Source of the DNA: Candidatus Xenobia bacterium
GTDB lineage: Bacteria; Vulcanimicrobiota; Xenobia; Xenobiales; QWHO01
Assembly (NCBI GenBank): GCA_045863235.1
Contig: BTUM01000002.1
Coordinates: forward strand, 128,001-192,000
Reading direction: 5' to 3'
DNA: 64,000 bases
Shown: positions 1-9,039 of the stretch, in pieces
Numbering within the stretch: position 1 is the stretch's first letter
Layout of the letters: the number at the start of each line of letters is the position of its first letter
Translations under genes and position numbers: made by a program
Notes under the pieces: model-generated
The model's database searches: none
The model's input: the letters and a program-made list of their open reading frames with translations, nothing else
Told to the model about the DNA's origin: nothing

Positions 1-645
1 ACCACCCTGGCCCGGGTGCAACGCGAGCGCCTGCGCTCTGAGCCGGAAGTGTCGCCGGGGCTGGTTTACCCGGTGGGATCCGAGCGGGTGGTCGGATTCC
101 TGGTGCAGGCTCGCTCGCTGCCCGGTCGAGGCGAGCTGATCGTGACCGGCGAAGGGGGCAAGCTGGCTGGAGAGCTGGCGCGCCTGGCTCTCTCCTTGCT
201 GCAGATCCGCTTCGACGAGCTCGGGCTGGACGATCCGACCTATCGAGTGCTGCATCTGCACATTTCGGCTCTCTACCCGAGACTGGACGAGCCAGCCAAG
301 GGTGACGAGAAGGAAGAGAGGCCCAGCCTGCGCGAGGATGCCGGAGGAGCGGTCATGGCCGCCCTGGCCATGGCGCTGCAGAACCAGGACCCGGCCCCGG
401 GCCAGGTGGTGCTGGGCCGCATCGACCTGGAGGGACGTCTCTCGGGGCCGGTGGATGCAGGCGGCTCGCTGGCCCAGCTTTCCAGCGAGGGCTTCCCCTA
501 CCGCCGGCTTCTCTTGCCGCGAACCAGCGCTTCCGAGCTGCTACGCCTGCCACCTGCCCTCTGGCTGTTGCCTGAGGTCACCCTCGTAGAGCGGGTGGAG
601 GATCTGCTCGAGGGCATTGCGCGCCAGCTTCCGGAGGAAGGATAG
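1..645 (+). CDS. Lon (S16) protease C-terminal-domain-like protein, 5'-truncated by the window edge; catalytic Ser/Lys dyad appears absent
   Basis: Frame is open back to base 1. It contains Lon-P-domain-like segments (PGRGELIVTG, LHLHI, AGGAVMAAL, GRIDLEGRL), but the PKDGPSAG position reads EDAGG. Confidence 0.6.
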   Translation, partial: TTLARVQRERLRSEPEVSPGLVYPVGSERVVGFLVQARSLPGRGELIVTGEGGKLAGELARLALSLLQIRFDELGLDDPTYRVLHLHISALYPRLDEPAKGDEKEERPSLREDAGGAVMAALAMALQNQDPAPGQVVLGRIDLEGRLSGPVDAGGSLAQLSSEGFPYRRLLLPRTSASELLRLPPALWLLPEVTLVERVEDLLEGIARQLPEEG

Positions 646-2136
646 ATGTACTTTCAGGCTCACGACGTGGTCCAGGCCCTGGCCCTGGCACGCAAGGCCT
701 GCCTGGCCATGGGTCACGCCTATCTTTGTCCCGAGCACCTTCTCATCGGGTTGGCCGAGGAGGATAGCGGGGAAGGCGGGCGTTTCCTGCGCCGCCGGGG
801 CATCACCGCCAGCAAGGTGAAGAAGGCCGTGCTGACCCTGGTCGGTAAAGGCAAGGGAAGCGTGGAGGAGGACTGGGTGCCCCCTCCCAGCCTGCGGGCC
901 CTGGGGGCGCTGCGGCTGGCCGAGGACATGGCCTCGAGCTACTCGCGGCCCGTCAACTCGATCTACCTGCTCTGGGCCGTGCTGCAAGATCGAGACAGCG
1001 ATGCCGCCAGCCTGCTGTTGAGCCGGGGGGCCGACCTGGTGAGCTGGTCGGCGGCCCTGGAAGAGCTGATGGGCGAGCCCACCCGTCGCCGCCCGCGCGT
1101 CTTCTCGCTGGCCTCCGGGCCCGAGCGCCCCGGCCAGCTGGCCGAGGCCAAGCGCTGGCGCGAGCGACTGAAGGCTTCAGCCCAGACGCTGAAGGACAAG
1201 ATCATCGGTCAGGACGCCGCCGTGGATCGGGTGGCCGCGGCGCTGGTGCGCTCGTGGGCGGGCCTGTCCGAGGCCGGTCGCCCCCTGGCCAGCTTTCTCT
1301 TCGCCGGTCCACGGGGGGCCGGCAAGACCACCCTGGCCGTCAGCCTGGCCGAGTTCTTGTTCAACGACCCCGAGCGGCTCATCCGCCTGAACCTGGACGA
1401 GTTCTCCGACGAGCTGCGAGCCATGCGCCTGGCCGGCCATGCTGGCGGGTCGCCCCAGGAGCAGGAGGGCGTGCTCACCATGCTGGCCCAGGAGTATCCC
1501 TACTCGGTGCTCTACCTGGAAGACGCCGACCGCGCCCATCCGCGTGCGCTGGATGTGATCCACCAGATCCTGGCCCGGGGCCACGTGATCGACGGACGCG
1601 GGCAACGGGTGGAATTTCGCGACAACGTGGTGATCCTGTCGGTGGTGGTGGACGCCGACATGTTCGAACGCGAGCAACCGGTGGGCTTCCGCCTCTCCGA
1701 CCGCCACCGGCTCTCAGCCCAGGACAAGCTCGAGCGCGCCCTCTTACCCGAGCTCGAGCGAGCCCTCAGCTCGGAAGCCCTCGAGCAGGTCGACGACGTG
1801 GTGCTCTTCCCCCCCCTGGGCCGCTCGGACATGGCCGAGCTGGTGGAGAAGTGGACCAACGACCTGGCCCGCCACCTCAAGCAGCGCCGCGGGGTCAAGG
1901 TGACGGTGCGACCGGAGGTCCACGAGTTCTTGATCGGCAAGGCCGAGGGCGGCCCCGAGGGTGCCGGCACGCTGCGCCGCCTGTTCACGCGCGAGGTGGA
2001 GAACCGATTGGCCCACGCCATGCTGGAAGAGCAGTACCACGAGGGCGACTGGGTGGAGGTGCAGACCGAGAAAGGCGAGCTGGTGGTGCGCCAGAAGAAG
2101 CGCACGCCGACCAGGCGAGAAGCCAAGAAGGGCTGA
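646..2136 (+). CDS. Clp ATPase-like protein: ClpN domain plus a single D2-type AAA+ domain
   Basis: N-terminal Clp repeat (GHAYLCPEHLLIGL), IIGQDAAV, RPLASFLFAGPRGAGKT (Walker A), DGRGQRVEFRDNV, PVGF loop and a C-terminal GAGTLRR. No D1 domain. Confidence 0.8.
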   Translation: MYFQAHDVVQALALARKACLAMGHAYLCPEHLLIGLAEEDSGEGGRFLRRRGITASKVKKAVLTLVGKGKGSVEEDWVPPPSLRALGALRLAEDMASSYSRPVNSIYLLWAVLQDRDSDAASLLLSRGADLVSWSAALEELMGEPTRRRPRVFSLASGPERPGQLAEAKRWRERLKASAQTLKDKIIGQDAAVDRVAAALVRSWAGLSEAGRPLASFLFAGPRGAGKTTLAVSLAEFLFNDPERLIRLNLDEFSDELRAMRLAGHAGGSPQEQEGVLTMLAQEYPYSVLYLEDADRAHPRALDVIHQILARGHVIDGRGQRVEFRDNVVILSVVVDADMFEREQPVGFRLSDRHRLSAQDKLERALLPELERALSSEALEQVDDVVLFPPLGRSDMAELVEKWTNDLARHLKQRRGVKVTVRPEVHEFLIGKAEGGPEGAGTLRRLFTREVENRLAHAMLEEQYHEGDWVEVQTEKGELVVRQKKRTPTRREAKKG

Positions 2137-2186
2137 CTTTGAGGTAACCGAAGGTCCGCTCCAGCTGACCACGAATCTCCTCAATC

Positions 2187-2633
2187 GTGAGAAAACGAGT
2201 CGTTTTGTTGTTGCTGTTGTTGCTCCTGCCGACCCTGGCCGACGACGCCAGGAGCCTGGCCACGATGAAGAAGGCCTATGCCACGGTGCTGGCCTCCGAA
2301 AAGAAGGCTCTGAATATCAAGAAACCGGCCGGGACCAGTCCCGCCGAGATCGCCCAGATCGAGCGCGACGACCTCGTTCTGGAGGGGCTGAAGAAGGAAC
2401 TCTACCAGGTCCAGAAAGGCCTGGGTCCCGAGCCCGACAAGCAAGAGCTCAAGGTGGTCCACAGCAAGCTGCGCGACCTCATCAACTACGAGGTCGACTG
2501 GATGTCTCGCGAGCAGAACTACCTGGCCATCGGCCCCAGGGGCAATCCGGAAGCGGTGCGCCGCGCAGCCGACCAGGCTTACGCCGAGTACAAGACCCGG
2601 CGCGACGAGCTGGCCTCTCAGCTCAAGAAGTAG
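2187..2633 (+). CDS. hypothetical secreted helical protein
   Basis: GTG start, Sec-type signal peptide (MRKRVVLLLLLLLLPTLA), genome-typical codon usage. Confidence 0.75.
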   Translation: MRKRVVLLLLLLLLPTLADDARSLATMKKAYATVLASEKKALNIKKPAGTSPAEIAQIERDDLVLEGLKKELYQVQKGLGPEPDKQELKVVHSKLRDLINYEVDWMSREQNYLAIGPRGNPEAVRRAADQAYAEYKTRRDELASQLKK

Positions 2634-2880
2634 GGCGTTCTTCCTGACTCGGGGGCGAGGGGGGCGTCAGGCCCACCAAGCCCAGGAAGTCAGGCAGTTT
2701 GAGCTTGCCCTGCTGGGCCATCTTGCAGACCCCGGCGGCTACCGTGAAGCCGATGGTCAGGGCCAGTCCGGCCTTGCCCATAGCCTCGAAAGCCTCGCCC
2801 AGCGCCTGCCAGTCGTCGGGGCGGCGGGCAGCCAGGGCGGATTGGGTCTCGCGGTTGGCGATCTGCTCTTCGGAATCCAT
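2623..2880 (-). CDS. small hypothetical protein, possible single transmembrane helix
   Basis: 85-aa ORF directly downstream of the NHL gene, with hydrophobic stretch GLALTIGFTVAAGV. Confidence 0.55.
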   Translation of the reverse strand: MDSEEQIANRETQSALAARRPDDWQALGEAFEAMGKAGLALTIGFTVAAGVCKMAQQGKLKLPDFLGLVGLTPPSPPSQEERPTS

Positions 2881-2886
2881 CCTGAG

Positions 2887-4026
2887 CTATTTCTCTTTCT
2901 TATCCTTCTTGTCCTCGGGCGGCGGCTCGGGAGGCTTGGGCTTGGTGGGGGCCCAGATAAAGATGCTCTTGGGACCACGCAGCAAGTTGTTGGGATTCCG
3001 GCCGGGCTGGTACTCCAGCCAGCCGGCCCCGGTGGGGTCGTCGATGCGCACGATCCGGTCGTTGCCAGAATCGGCGATGTAGATGCGACCCTGGCTGTCG
3101 AGGGCCATCCCCTCGGGACGCATGAAGCGGCCCAGTCCGGAGCCGTAACTGCCGATCTCGCGGGTCGCACGACCGGCCGCGTTGTCGGTGGCGGTCAGCC
3201 GGTTGGAGCTGGAATCGATGGACAGGATGCGGTTCTTGCGCAGCACCGCCTGGCGCGGCTGATAACCGGTCGGACGCAGCCCCACTCCCTGGTAGGCCTC
3301 CCACTCCTTGGGCTTCTGGTCGGTGCCGGGCGCAATCATCACTACCGAGCCGCCCGGCGGGTACTCGCCGCAGCACACGAACAACCGGCCGGTATCATCG
3401 AACCAGAGCTTTCCCGGTTGCTTCAGCATGGGGTCTGTGATGGTGCGAATCGGGTCACCCTGCCCGTCCTTGTAAACCACCAGCCGGTTGGCCCCGGTCT
3501 CGGAGACGAAGACCTCATCGCCCCAGACGGCGACGCCTTCAGGCTTATTCAAGTCCTTGAGCTCGGTCCATACGGGCAAACCCTCTTCGGGCTTGAGATC
3601 GAGCTTGACGATCCGATCGTTGCCCCGGTCGGCCACGTAGAGATAGCGATCTTGATCCACCCACACCTGGCCCGGATCGAGGAACTTGCCCGGGCCCCGC
3701 CCGGCTCCCCCCAGTCCCTTCAGATTGGTGCCCTTGAGGTCGTCCATGATGACGATGCGACCGTTCTCGCTGTCGGAGACGTAGATCTTGAAAGGCGAGG
3801 CGCTGGGGCTGGGCGACGGGGTCGGAGTCGAGACTGGCTCAAGAGAGGGTGAGGGCGACGGGCTGGTGTCGCCGGGGCTGGGGCTCAGGCTCGGACTGGG
3901 GCTGGTGTCGCCGGGGCTGGGGCTGGGGCTCGCCTCGCTGGAGGGCTCCTGAGCGGTCAGCGAGAGGCTCAAGAAGAACAGCGTGATGAGCAGAGTGAAG
4001 GTAAGGGAAAGGGCTCTATGTCTCAT
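2887..4026 (-). CDS. secreted NHL-repeat beta-propeller protein with Ser/Pro linker
   Basis: Signal peptide from MRHRALS, repeated [11 protein letters not shown] / [11 protein letters not shown] / [13 protein letters not shown] motifs. Confidence 0.85.
   Translation of the reverse strand: MRHRALSLTFTLLITLFFLSLSLTAQEPSSEASPSPSPGDTSPSPSLSPSPGDTSPSPSPSLEPVSTPTPSPSPSASPFKIYVSDSENGRIVIMDDLKGTNLKGLGGAGRGPGKFLDPGQVWVDQDRYLYVADRGNDRIVKLDLKPEEGLPVWTELKDLNKPEGVAVWGDEVFVSETGANRLVVYKDGQGDPIRTITDPMLKQPGKLWFDDTGRLFVCCGEYPPGGSVVMIAPGTDQKPKEWEAYQGVGLRPTGYQPRQAVLRKNRILSIDSSSNRLTATDNAAGRATREIGSYGSGLGRFMRPEGMALDSQGRIYIADSGNDRIVRIDDPTGAGWLEYQPGRNPNNLLRGPKSIFIWAPTKPKPPEPPPEDKKDKKEK
3860..3930 (-). repeat. 39-bp-period coding repeat ([11 protein letters not shown]) in the NHL protein linker
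   Basis: GGCTGGTGTCGCCGGGGCTGGGGCT occurs at about 3861 and 3900. Confidence 0.8.
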
Positions 4027-4078
4027 GAGGTCTGAGGGGAAGGTCTTCTTGTCCACCCCCTGGAACCCTGCCCTGGTC

Positions 4079-5080
4079 ATGGAAGTTTTGCATCGCCTTC
4101 AAGAACGAGCCCGAGCAAACCCGCGATTTATCTTGCTTCCCGAGGGAGAGGATGAACGTGTGCTGCAGGCGGCACGCTGGATCACCGAGCGGGGCCTGGC
4201 CCGGGTGGGCGTGTTGGGTCGTCCGGAGGCGCTGGCGCAGCGGGCCTCCCGGGCCGGAATCGAGTTGACCGGGGTGGAGCTGGTCGACCCCAAAGGCCAT
4301 CCCGATCGGGCCCGCTACGTGAGGGAATACTTTCAATCTCGCCGCCACCGCGGCCTGACCGAGATGGAGGCCGAGAAGGCCCTGGAGGACCCGCTCTACT
4401 TCGCTAACATGATGGTACGCCTGGGCGAGGCTGACGGCACCGTGGCCGGGGCGACCAACACCACCGCCCACACCGTGCGGTCCGCCCTCCTCTGCCTGGG
4501 TCTCAAGGCAGGAATCAAGACCGTCTCGAGCTTCTTCTTGATGGTGCTCAAAGATGGCACTCCCCTGCTCTTCGCCGACTGCGGGGTGGTGGTCAACCCC
4601 ACCGCTCCCCAACTGGCCGAGATCGCCTCCTGCACGGCCGACACCTGTCGCGCCTTCCTGGAGGTGGAGCCTAAAGTCGCCATGCTGAGCTTCTCCACCA
4701 AAGGGAGCGCCAAGGATCCACTGGTGGACAAGGTGGTGGAGGCCGTCCGCACGCTGCAGGCCCGCCGGCCCGAGCTGGCCGTGGATGGTGAGCTGCAACT
4801 GGATGCGGCCCTGGTGCCCGCTGTGGGGGCCAGCAAGGCCCCCGGCTCACCCGTCGCAGGCCAGGCCAACGTGCTCATCTTCCCCGACCTGCAATCGGGC
4901 AACATCGGCTACAAGCTGGTGGAGCGCCTGGCCGGGGCCACCGCCATCGGGCCCATCCTGCAGGGGCTGGAGCAGCCCTCCAACGACCTGTCGCGAGGCT
5001 GCAAGGCAGAGGACATCGTGCAGGCCACCGTGATCACGGCGGTGCAGGCTCAGCAGCGAAGCTCGACTTCGGTCCCGTAA
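4079..5080 (+). CDS. pta: phosphate acetyltransferase
   Basis: [54 protein letters not shown] and GPILQGL...NDLSRGC motifs. Start placed at MEVLHRL. Confidence 0.95.
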   Translation: MEVLHRLQERARANPRFILLPEGEDERVLQAARWITERGLARVGVLGRPEALAQRASRAGIELTGVELVDPKGHPDRARYVREYFQSRRHRGLTEMEAEKALEDPLYFANMMVRLGEADGTVAGATNTTAHTVRSALLCLGLKAGIKTVSSFFLMVLKDGTPLLFADCGVVVNPTAPQLAEIASCTADTCRAFLEVEPKVAMLSFSTKGSAKDPLVDKVVEAVRTLQARRPELAVDGELQLDAALVPAVGASKAPGSPVAGQANVLIFPDLQSGNIGYKLVERLAGATAIGPILQGLEQPSNDLSRGCKAEDIVQATVITAVQAQQRSSTSVP

Positions 5081-5112
5081 CGACCTGACAGGACCCCGAG
5101 GCCAGGCATGCC

Positions 5113-5652
5113 TTACTGGTGTTCTTTGTCGCCCTCGTCGGAAATTTTTCCGATGTCGTCAAAGCGAATGGCTTTGAACCCCTGGCCGTCCCAGAAGAGC
5201 ACCGCTTCGGCCTCCTGAAAGCTGAAGGCCCAGCATTGCTCCGGGTCGACCCCGGCCTTCTGAGCAAAATGGTCAGCCCGATCAGCGAAGATCTCGCGAG
5301 CCGTCCCGAAACTGCCCAGCTTGCCCAGCTTCTCCACCCCGCTGACCGAGATTTCCCCCCGCTCGAACGAATTCTGCAACTCGGGCCCGAGCTCTTCGGG
5401 AGGCATTCCTTTGGGGATCATCACGAGCGCACTGGCTTCCTCGACCTTGCCGGCCTCGATGGCCTGTGCCAGAGCCATCAGGACGCTCAAGGCTGCCTCC
5501 TTGCTCGGCGCCGAAGTGCTCGCCGAGGGACTGGCTGTGGCGCTGACCGTAGCCGTGGGTGTTGGGCTGGTGCTCGTCGGGGCTGGAGTCGAGCAACCTG
5601 CGGCCAGGCCGAGCAGCCCGGCAAGGAGCAGAGACAAGAGATTCTTCGACAT
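5113..5652 (-). CDS. hypothetical lipoprotein
   Basis: Lipobox LAAGC after MSKNLLSLLLAGLLG and a S/T/P linker. Only the last 180 codons of the long antisense ORF 5113-7197 look real. Confidence 0.8.
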   Translation of the reverse strand: MSKNLLSLLLAGLLGLAAGCSTPAPTSTSPTPTATVSATASPSASTSAPSKEAALSVLMALAQAIEAGKVEEASALVMIPKGMPPEELGPELQNSFERGEISVSGVEKLGKLGSFGTAREIFADRADHFAQKAGVDPEQCWAFSFQEAEAVLFWDGQGFKAIRFDDIGKISDEGDKEHQ

Positions 5653-5769
5653 CCCCAGTCCTTCGACCCGAAAAAGGTTACAGTCCTGTTTCCAACTTTT
5701 TTCAGTCGGCCACGGCATACTTGCCTGGAACAGATCGATCCATTTGTCTGGAAGGAAGGACGAGAGACG

Positions 5770-7254
5770 ATGACCGTGCAGACCCTGACCGCGGCCACCC
5801 AATCCTTTGTAGCTCGACCCCAGAGCGCATGCGGCTCGTGCGCATCCCACGGGGACCAGGTCGAGATCGGTGGCCAGCGGCCGGCTCAGAACCTGAAGCA
5901 GCAACTGCTGACTGCGGTTCAAGGCGAGCCCCACCTGGCCACCACCACGCTGACCGCCGACCAGGTGGCCAACCCGGAAGCCCTGGCCGCCACCACCAAA
6001 GTCCTGATCGAGCAGATGGACCGCTATCCCACCTTCAAAGCTGTGGTGGGAGTCATGCCAGCCGAGGGCGACCAGACGAAGACTGTGGTCATCAGCCGCC
6101 CGAACGCGGTCAACGCAGCCAGCCTGGAGGGAGCTTTCGAGGTCAACCAGCGCTTCGGCTCGAGCGATCTCATCAAGGAGATGGCCGGCAAGTATCCTGT
6201 CAGCTATGAGAAGGTCCAGCAGGTCGACTCTCAGGGCCGCGCCCACGTGCTGCGCCTGCCCGGCGCCCTGGACGAAGCCGACGTAGCCCAGGCGTTGGAT
6301 GAGGGCCGCACTCACAATCAGTACGAGCAACTCGAGGCGCTGGTGAAGGGACTGCCCCAGGGCGAGCGGGTGGTGATCCTGGTGGGCGGACCCTCGGCGG
6401 CCGGCAAGTCCACTCTGATCCGCGAGATTCAGAAATTCGCGGGCGACCGCCCGGTGACGACCGTGATGGGCGACATGTATTTCAAAGACGTCGATCAGCC
6501 CGGCTATCCGCAGGCTGCAGACGGCTCCTACTACTGGGATCACGCCGACTTTATGGACATGCAGAAGCTCAAGGAAGACCTGAGCACCCTGGTGCAGACC
6601 GGAGCGGCCGACCTGCCCGTCTACAACTTCCAGGACATCCGCCCCGGCGGCTGGCGCATGGAAGGCGTGAAAGTGACGGGCTTTCGTGAGGAGAAGCCCA
6701 ACCACGTGGAGGTGGGCTCGGACAGCATCATCGTGCTGGACAGCATCCACGCCACCAACCCGGCCGTGGTGGAGCACTTCGAGAAGCTGGGCCTGCCCTA
6801 CAAGGCAGTCTACCTCGACAGCCCCAGCGCCGACGACCGCCTGCTGCGCCGCCTGGTGCGCGACTACGAGGAGCGGGGCGGCCGCACCCCGGCTGAAACC
6901 TTTAAGATCTGGGATCTGACCACGTTCCGGGGCGAGACCGAGTTCATCCGGCCCACCATTTTGGATCTCGACCCTGCCCGCGACGTGTTCCTGGTCGCCA
7001 AGTTCCCCAAGGACCTGGGTCTGGGTCGCGAAGAACTGGAAGCCCGCGCCGATGCGATGGCGAAGTACGGAGTGCAACCGAGCTATCCGGCCTTCTCCAC
7101 CAAACCCGAAGCCATGGGTGCCTTTGCCAAAGCTGAGGAATCCCGCTACCAGACCATTGTGAACGATCCGGCCGCCAAGGCCGAAGACAAGGCCCACGCC
7201 GAGAAGGGCCTGAAGCTTCTGCGCGAGGCTCCTGGCTACCAGAAGAAGAAGTGA
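5770..7254 (+). CDS. uridine kinase/phosphoribulokinase-family P-loop kinase with an N-terminal extension of about 190 aa
   Basis: GGPSAAGKST Walker A, GDMYFKD, LPVYNF, RLLRRLVRD...RG. SD-like GAAGGA precedes ATG 5770. Confidence 0.8.
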   Translation: MTVQTLTAATQSFVARPQSACGSCASHGDQVEIGGQRPAQNLKQQLLTAVQGEPHLATTTLTADQVANPEALAATTKVLIEQMDRYPTFKAVVGVMPAEGDQTKTVVISRPNAVNAASLEGAFEVNQRFGSSDLIKEMAGKYPVSYEKVQQVDSQGRAHVLRLPGALDEADVAQALDEGRTHNQYEQLEALVKGLPQGERVVILVGGPSAAGKSTLIREIQKFAGDRPVTTVMGDMYFKDVDQPGYPQAADGSYYWDHADFMDMQKLKEDLSTLVQTGAADLPVYNFQDIRPGGWRMEGVKVTGFREEKPNHVEVGSDSIIVLDSIHATNPAVVEHFEKLGLPYKAVYLDSPSADDRLLRRLVRDYEERGGRTPAETFKIWDLTTFRGETEFIRPTILDLDPARDVFLVAKFPKDLGLGREELEARADAMAKYGVQPSYPAFSTKPEAMGAFAKAEESRYQTIVNDPAAKAEDKAHAEKGLKLLREAPGYQKKK

Positions 7255-7292
7255 GAGTAATCGGAGGCTCCCGTTGGGAGCCTGCTCATGAC

Positions 7293-7324
7293 AAAGGCCC
7301 CCGTCATCTGGCGGGGGCCTTTTT
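7293..7324. terminator. bidirectional intrinsic terminator between the kinase gene and tRNA-Asn
   Basis: AAAGGCCCCCGTCA-TC-TGGCGGGGGCCTTTTT. A second hairpin AGGCTCCC-GTT-GGGAGCCT lies at 7265-7283. Confidence 0.8.
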
Positions 7325-7327
7325 CGA

Positions 7328-7402
7328 TGGCTCCGGAGGTAGGGTTCGAACCTACGGCCAACCGGTTAACAGCCGGTTGCTCTACCACTGAGCTACTCCG
7401 GA
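7328..7402 (-). tRNA. tRNA-Asn(GTT), CCA encoded
   Basis: Reverse complement TCCGGAGTAGCTCAGTGGTAGAGCAACCGGCTGTTAACCGGTTGGCCGTAGGTTCGAACCCTACCTCCGGAGCCA forms a cloverleaf with anticodon GTT. Confidence 0.98.
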
Positions 7403-7411
7403 ATGTCCCGC

Positions 7412-7440
7412 ATTATAGCATGGCTCTCGGGGCTGATCAA
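7412..7440 (-). promoter_or_regulatory. sigma-70/A promoter of tRNA-Asn
   Basis: Minus strand TTGATC (7440-7435), 17-nt spacer, extended -10 TGc-TATAAT (7417-7412), 9 nt before the tRNA 5' end. Confidence 0.85.
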
Positions 7441-7505
7441 GGTTTTTCAGCCCATGCCCTGGCAATGCGGATCCGCCCTCTTGCGCCGTTAGGGTCACGA
7501 GGAGT

Positions 7506-8282
7506 ATGGTTCCCGATCGGCGAACCGAGGTCGCCGTGGTGGGGGCGCGCGCATTTACCCTGATCGAGCTAATGATCTGCATCGCCATTCTGGCGATCTT
7601 CTCGGCCATCCCCCTGGCCGCCCGAGACGGTCTTCGGGCGGTCAATCGTGAGGCTGACTTCGGATCCGCGCTGCGCAATGCCCGAGGGCATCTCGCTGAG
7701 CTGCGCTCGGCCCCCTATGACGGCCTGCCCCCCCGCCGCCTGCGTGTGCCCGCATCCGCAAAAGTCCAGCTCACCTCTGATCTGGTTGTGGGCTCGGTGC
7801 AAGCCTTCGACCTCGAAGGCCGACCCCTCGCCGCTCCGGTCAGCGTGGACGCCATCAGCGGGTTGGTGCAGCTCGAGAGCGGTCTGGCCGGCCGCGAACT
7901 GGTCTTGCAGTTCGCCTATTATGCTCCCGACAGGGGCGAGGCCCACACCGTGCCCCCCACCGCGCCCTACCGAATTCGCCTCGAAAACCAGCCGGTCCAG
8001 CGCATTCAGCAGGTCCGTCTGGCTCAGGGAGACCGGCTCACGCTGATCACCTCCCGCTTGCTGAGCGACGGGCTCCTGGAGCTGCCGGCCAGCGCCGCAG
8101 GCAAAGTGGTGGAGGTCAGCTACCGGGGAGGGCGGATCGCCAACCAGATCAGCGGCCGCTTCCTCGACCAGCGACTGCGTCCGTCGACCCGGCCCGGCCG
8201 TTACAAACTGCTGGAAATCAAGGAGAACTACGGCGAGACAGCCCAGGTCATGCGGCTCACTTTACTGCGAGGAGAGCCGTGA
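7506..8282 (+). CDS. prepilin-type (class III signal peptide) pilin-like protein
   Basis: GARA|FTLIELMICIAILAIF; SD GAGGAG. Confidence 0.85.
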   Translation: MVPDRRTEVAVVGARAFTLIELMICIAILAIFSAIPLAARDGLRAVNREADFGSALRNARGHLAELRSAPYDGLPPRRLRVPASAKVQLTSDLVVGSVQAFDLEGRPLAAPVSVDAISGLVQLESGLAGRELVLQFAYYAPDRGEAHTVPPTAPYRIRLENQPVQRIQQVRLAQGDRLTLITSRLLSDGLLELPASAAGKVVEVSYRGGRIANQISGRFLDQRLRPSTRPGRYKLLEIKENYGETAQVMRLTLLRGEP

Positions 8283-8734
8283 TGAAGCGCCGGGCCTTCA
8301 CGCTGATCGAAGTCACAATGGTGCTGGCCGTCATCACGATCGTGTCCGGGCCGTTCTTCATGCTCTTCTTGTCGGAATATCGCCAGTTCGCCCGATTCTC
8401 GCGCAAAGCTGATCTGACCAACGAGGCTGCCCGGGCGGCCTACTCGGTGTTTGGACTGGCCTCCCGAATGCCCGATTTCAAGCTCGACCCGGACAACCAC
8501 GGGTTGCGCTTTGCCGATGGCTCGCATGTGGTCTATCGCGGTGGTCGCCTCGAACTCGAGCGAGCGGGAGGGCGACGCCCGCTGACTCGAAGCCGGGTGG
8601 TAGACTTCACAGCCATACGCCACGGCGACCGCCTGACCCTGAACCTGGCTCTGGAATGTCCACCCGACCAGCCCGGAATGCCGCTCCTGGTGGTGCGCTC
8701 GATCTTCGAACAGCCTGAGAGGCAAAGACCATGA
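8279..8734 (+). CDS. prepilin-type minor pilin/pseudopilin
   Basis: MKRRA|FTLIEVTMVLAVI; overlaps the upstream stop codon. Confidence 0.85.
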   Translation: MMKRRAFTLIEVTMVLAVITIVSGPFFMLFLSEYRQFARFSRKADLTNEAARAAYSVFGLASRMPDFKLDPDNHGLRFADGSHVVYRGGRLELERAGGRRPLTRSRVVDFTAIRHGDRLTLNLALECPPDQPGMPLLVVRSIFEQPERQRP

Positions 8735-9039
8735 GGCGAGGTCTGACCCTGATTGCGGTGGTGTGGTTCCTGGCCATGGCGACTGTCTTTTTCATGGGGA
8801 GCCGGGCTCTCGTGGACCAGTTCCGATATCGGCAGGCCAGCCAGAAGTATCGCTTGCAGGCCAGGGCCATGGCCGAATCAGGCCTGGAGTTCGCTCGACT
8901 GGAGCTGCGAGCAGGTCGCTGGCAGGGCCAGCGATTCCGGTCACCCAACCTGGAAGGCGGTTGGTTCGAGATCTGGCGGGAGGGCGATCAGATCCGGGTC
9001 AAGGGCTGCTCGGGGCGGGCCGTGGTGGAACTGCCATGA
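8731..9039 (+). CDS. PilX/GspK-like minor pilin lacking Glu5
   Basis: MRRG|LTLIAVVW and QARAMAESGLEFA (PilX N-terminal-like); ATGA coupling. Confidence 0.7.
   Translation: MRRGLTLIAVVWFLAMATVFFMGSRALVDQFRYRQASQKYRLQARAMAESGLEFARLELRAGRWQGQRFRSPNLEGGWFEIWREGDQIRVKGCSGRAVVELP

Noticed and set aside
5113..7197. 694-aa minus-strand ORF and the 5119 extension of the plus-strand ORF
   Set aside because: These are antisense shadows of GC-rich genes. Only 5113-5652 (lipoprotein) and 5770-7254 (kinase) have credible starts and motifs.
7255..7505. tRNA-Asn as an integration site for the pilus locus
   Set aside because: The locus lies on the tRNA's 5' side, and no integrase or duplicated tRNA 3' end was seen.
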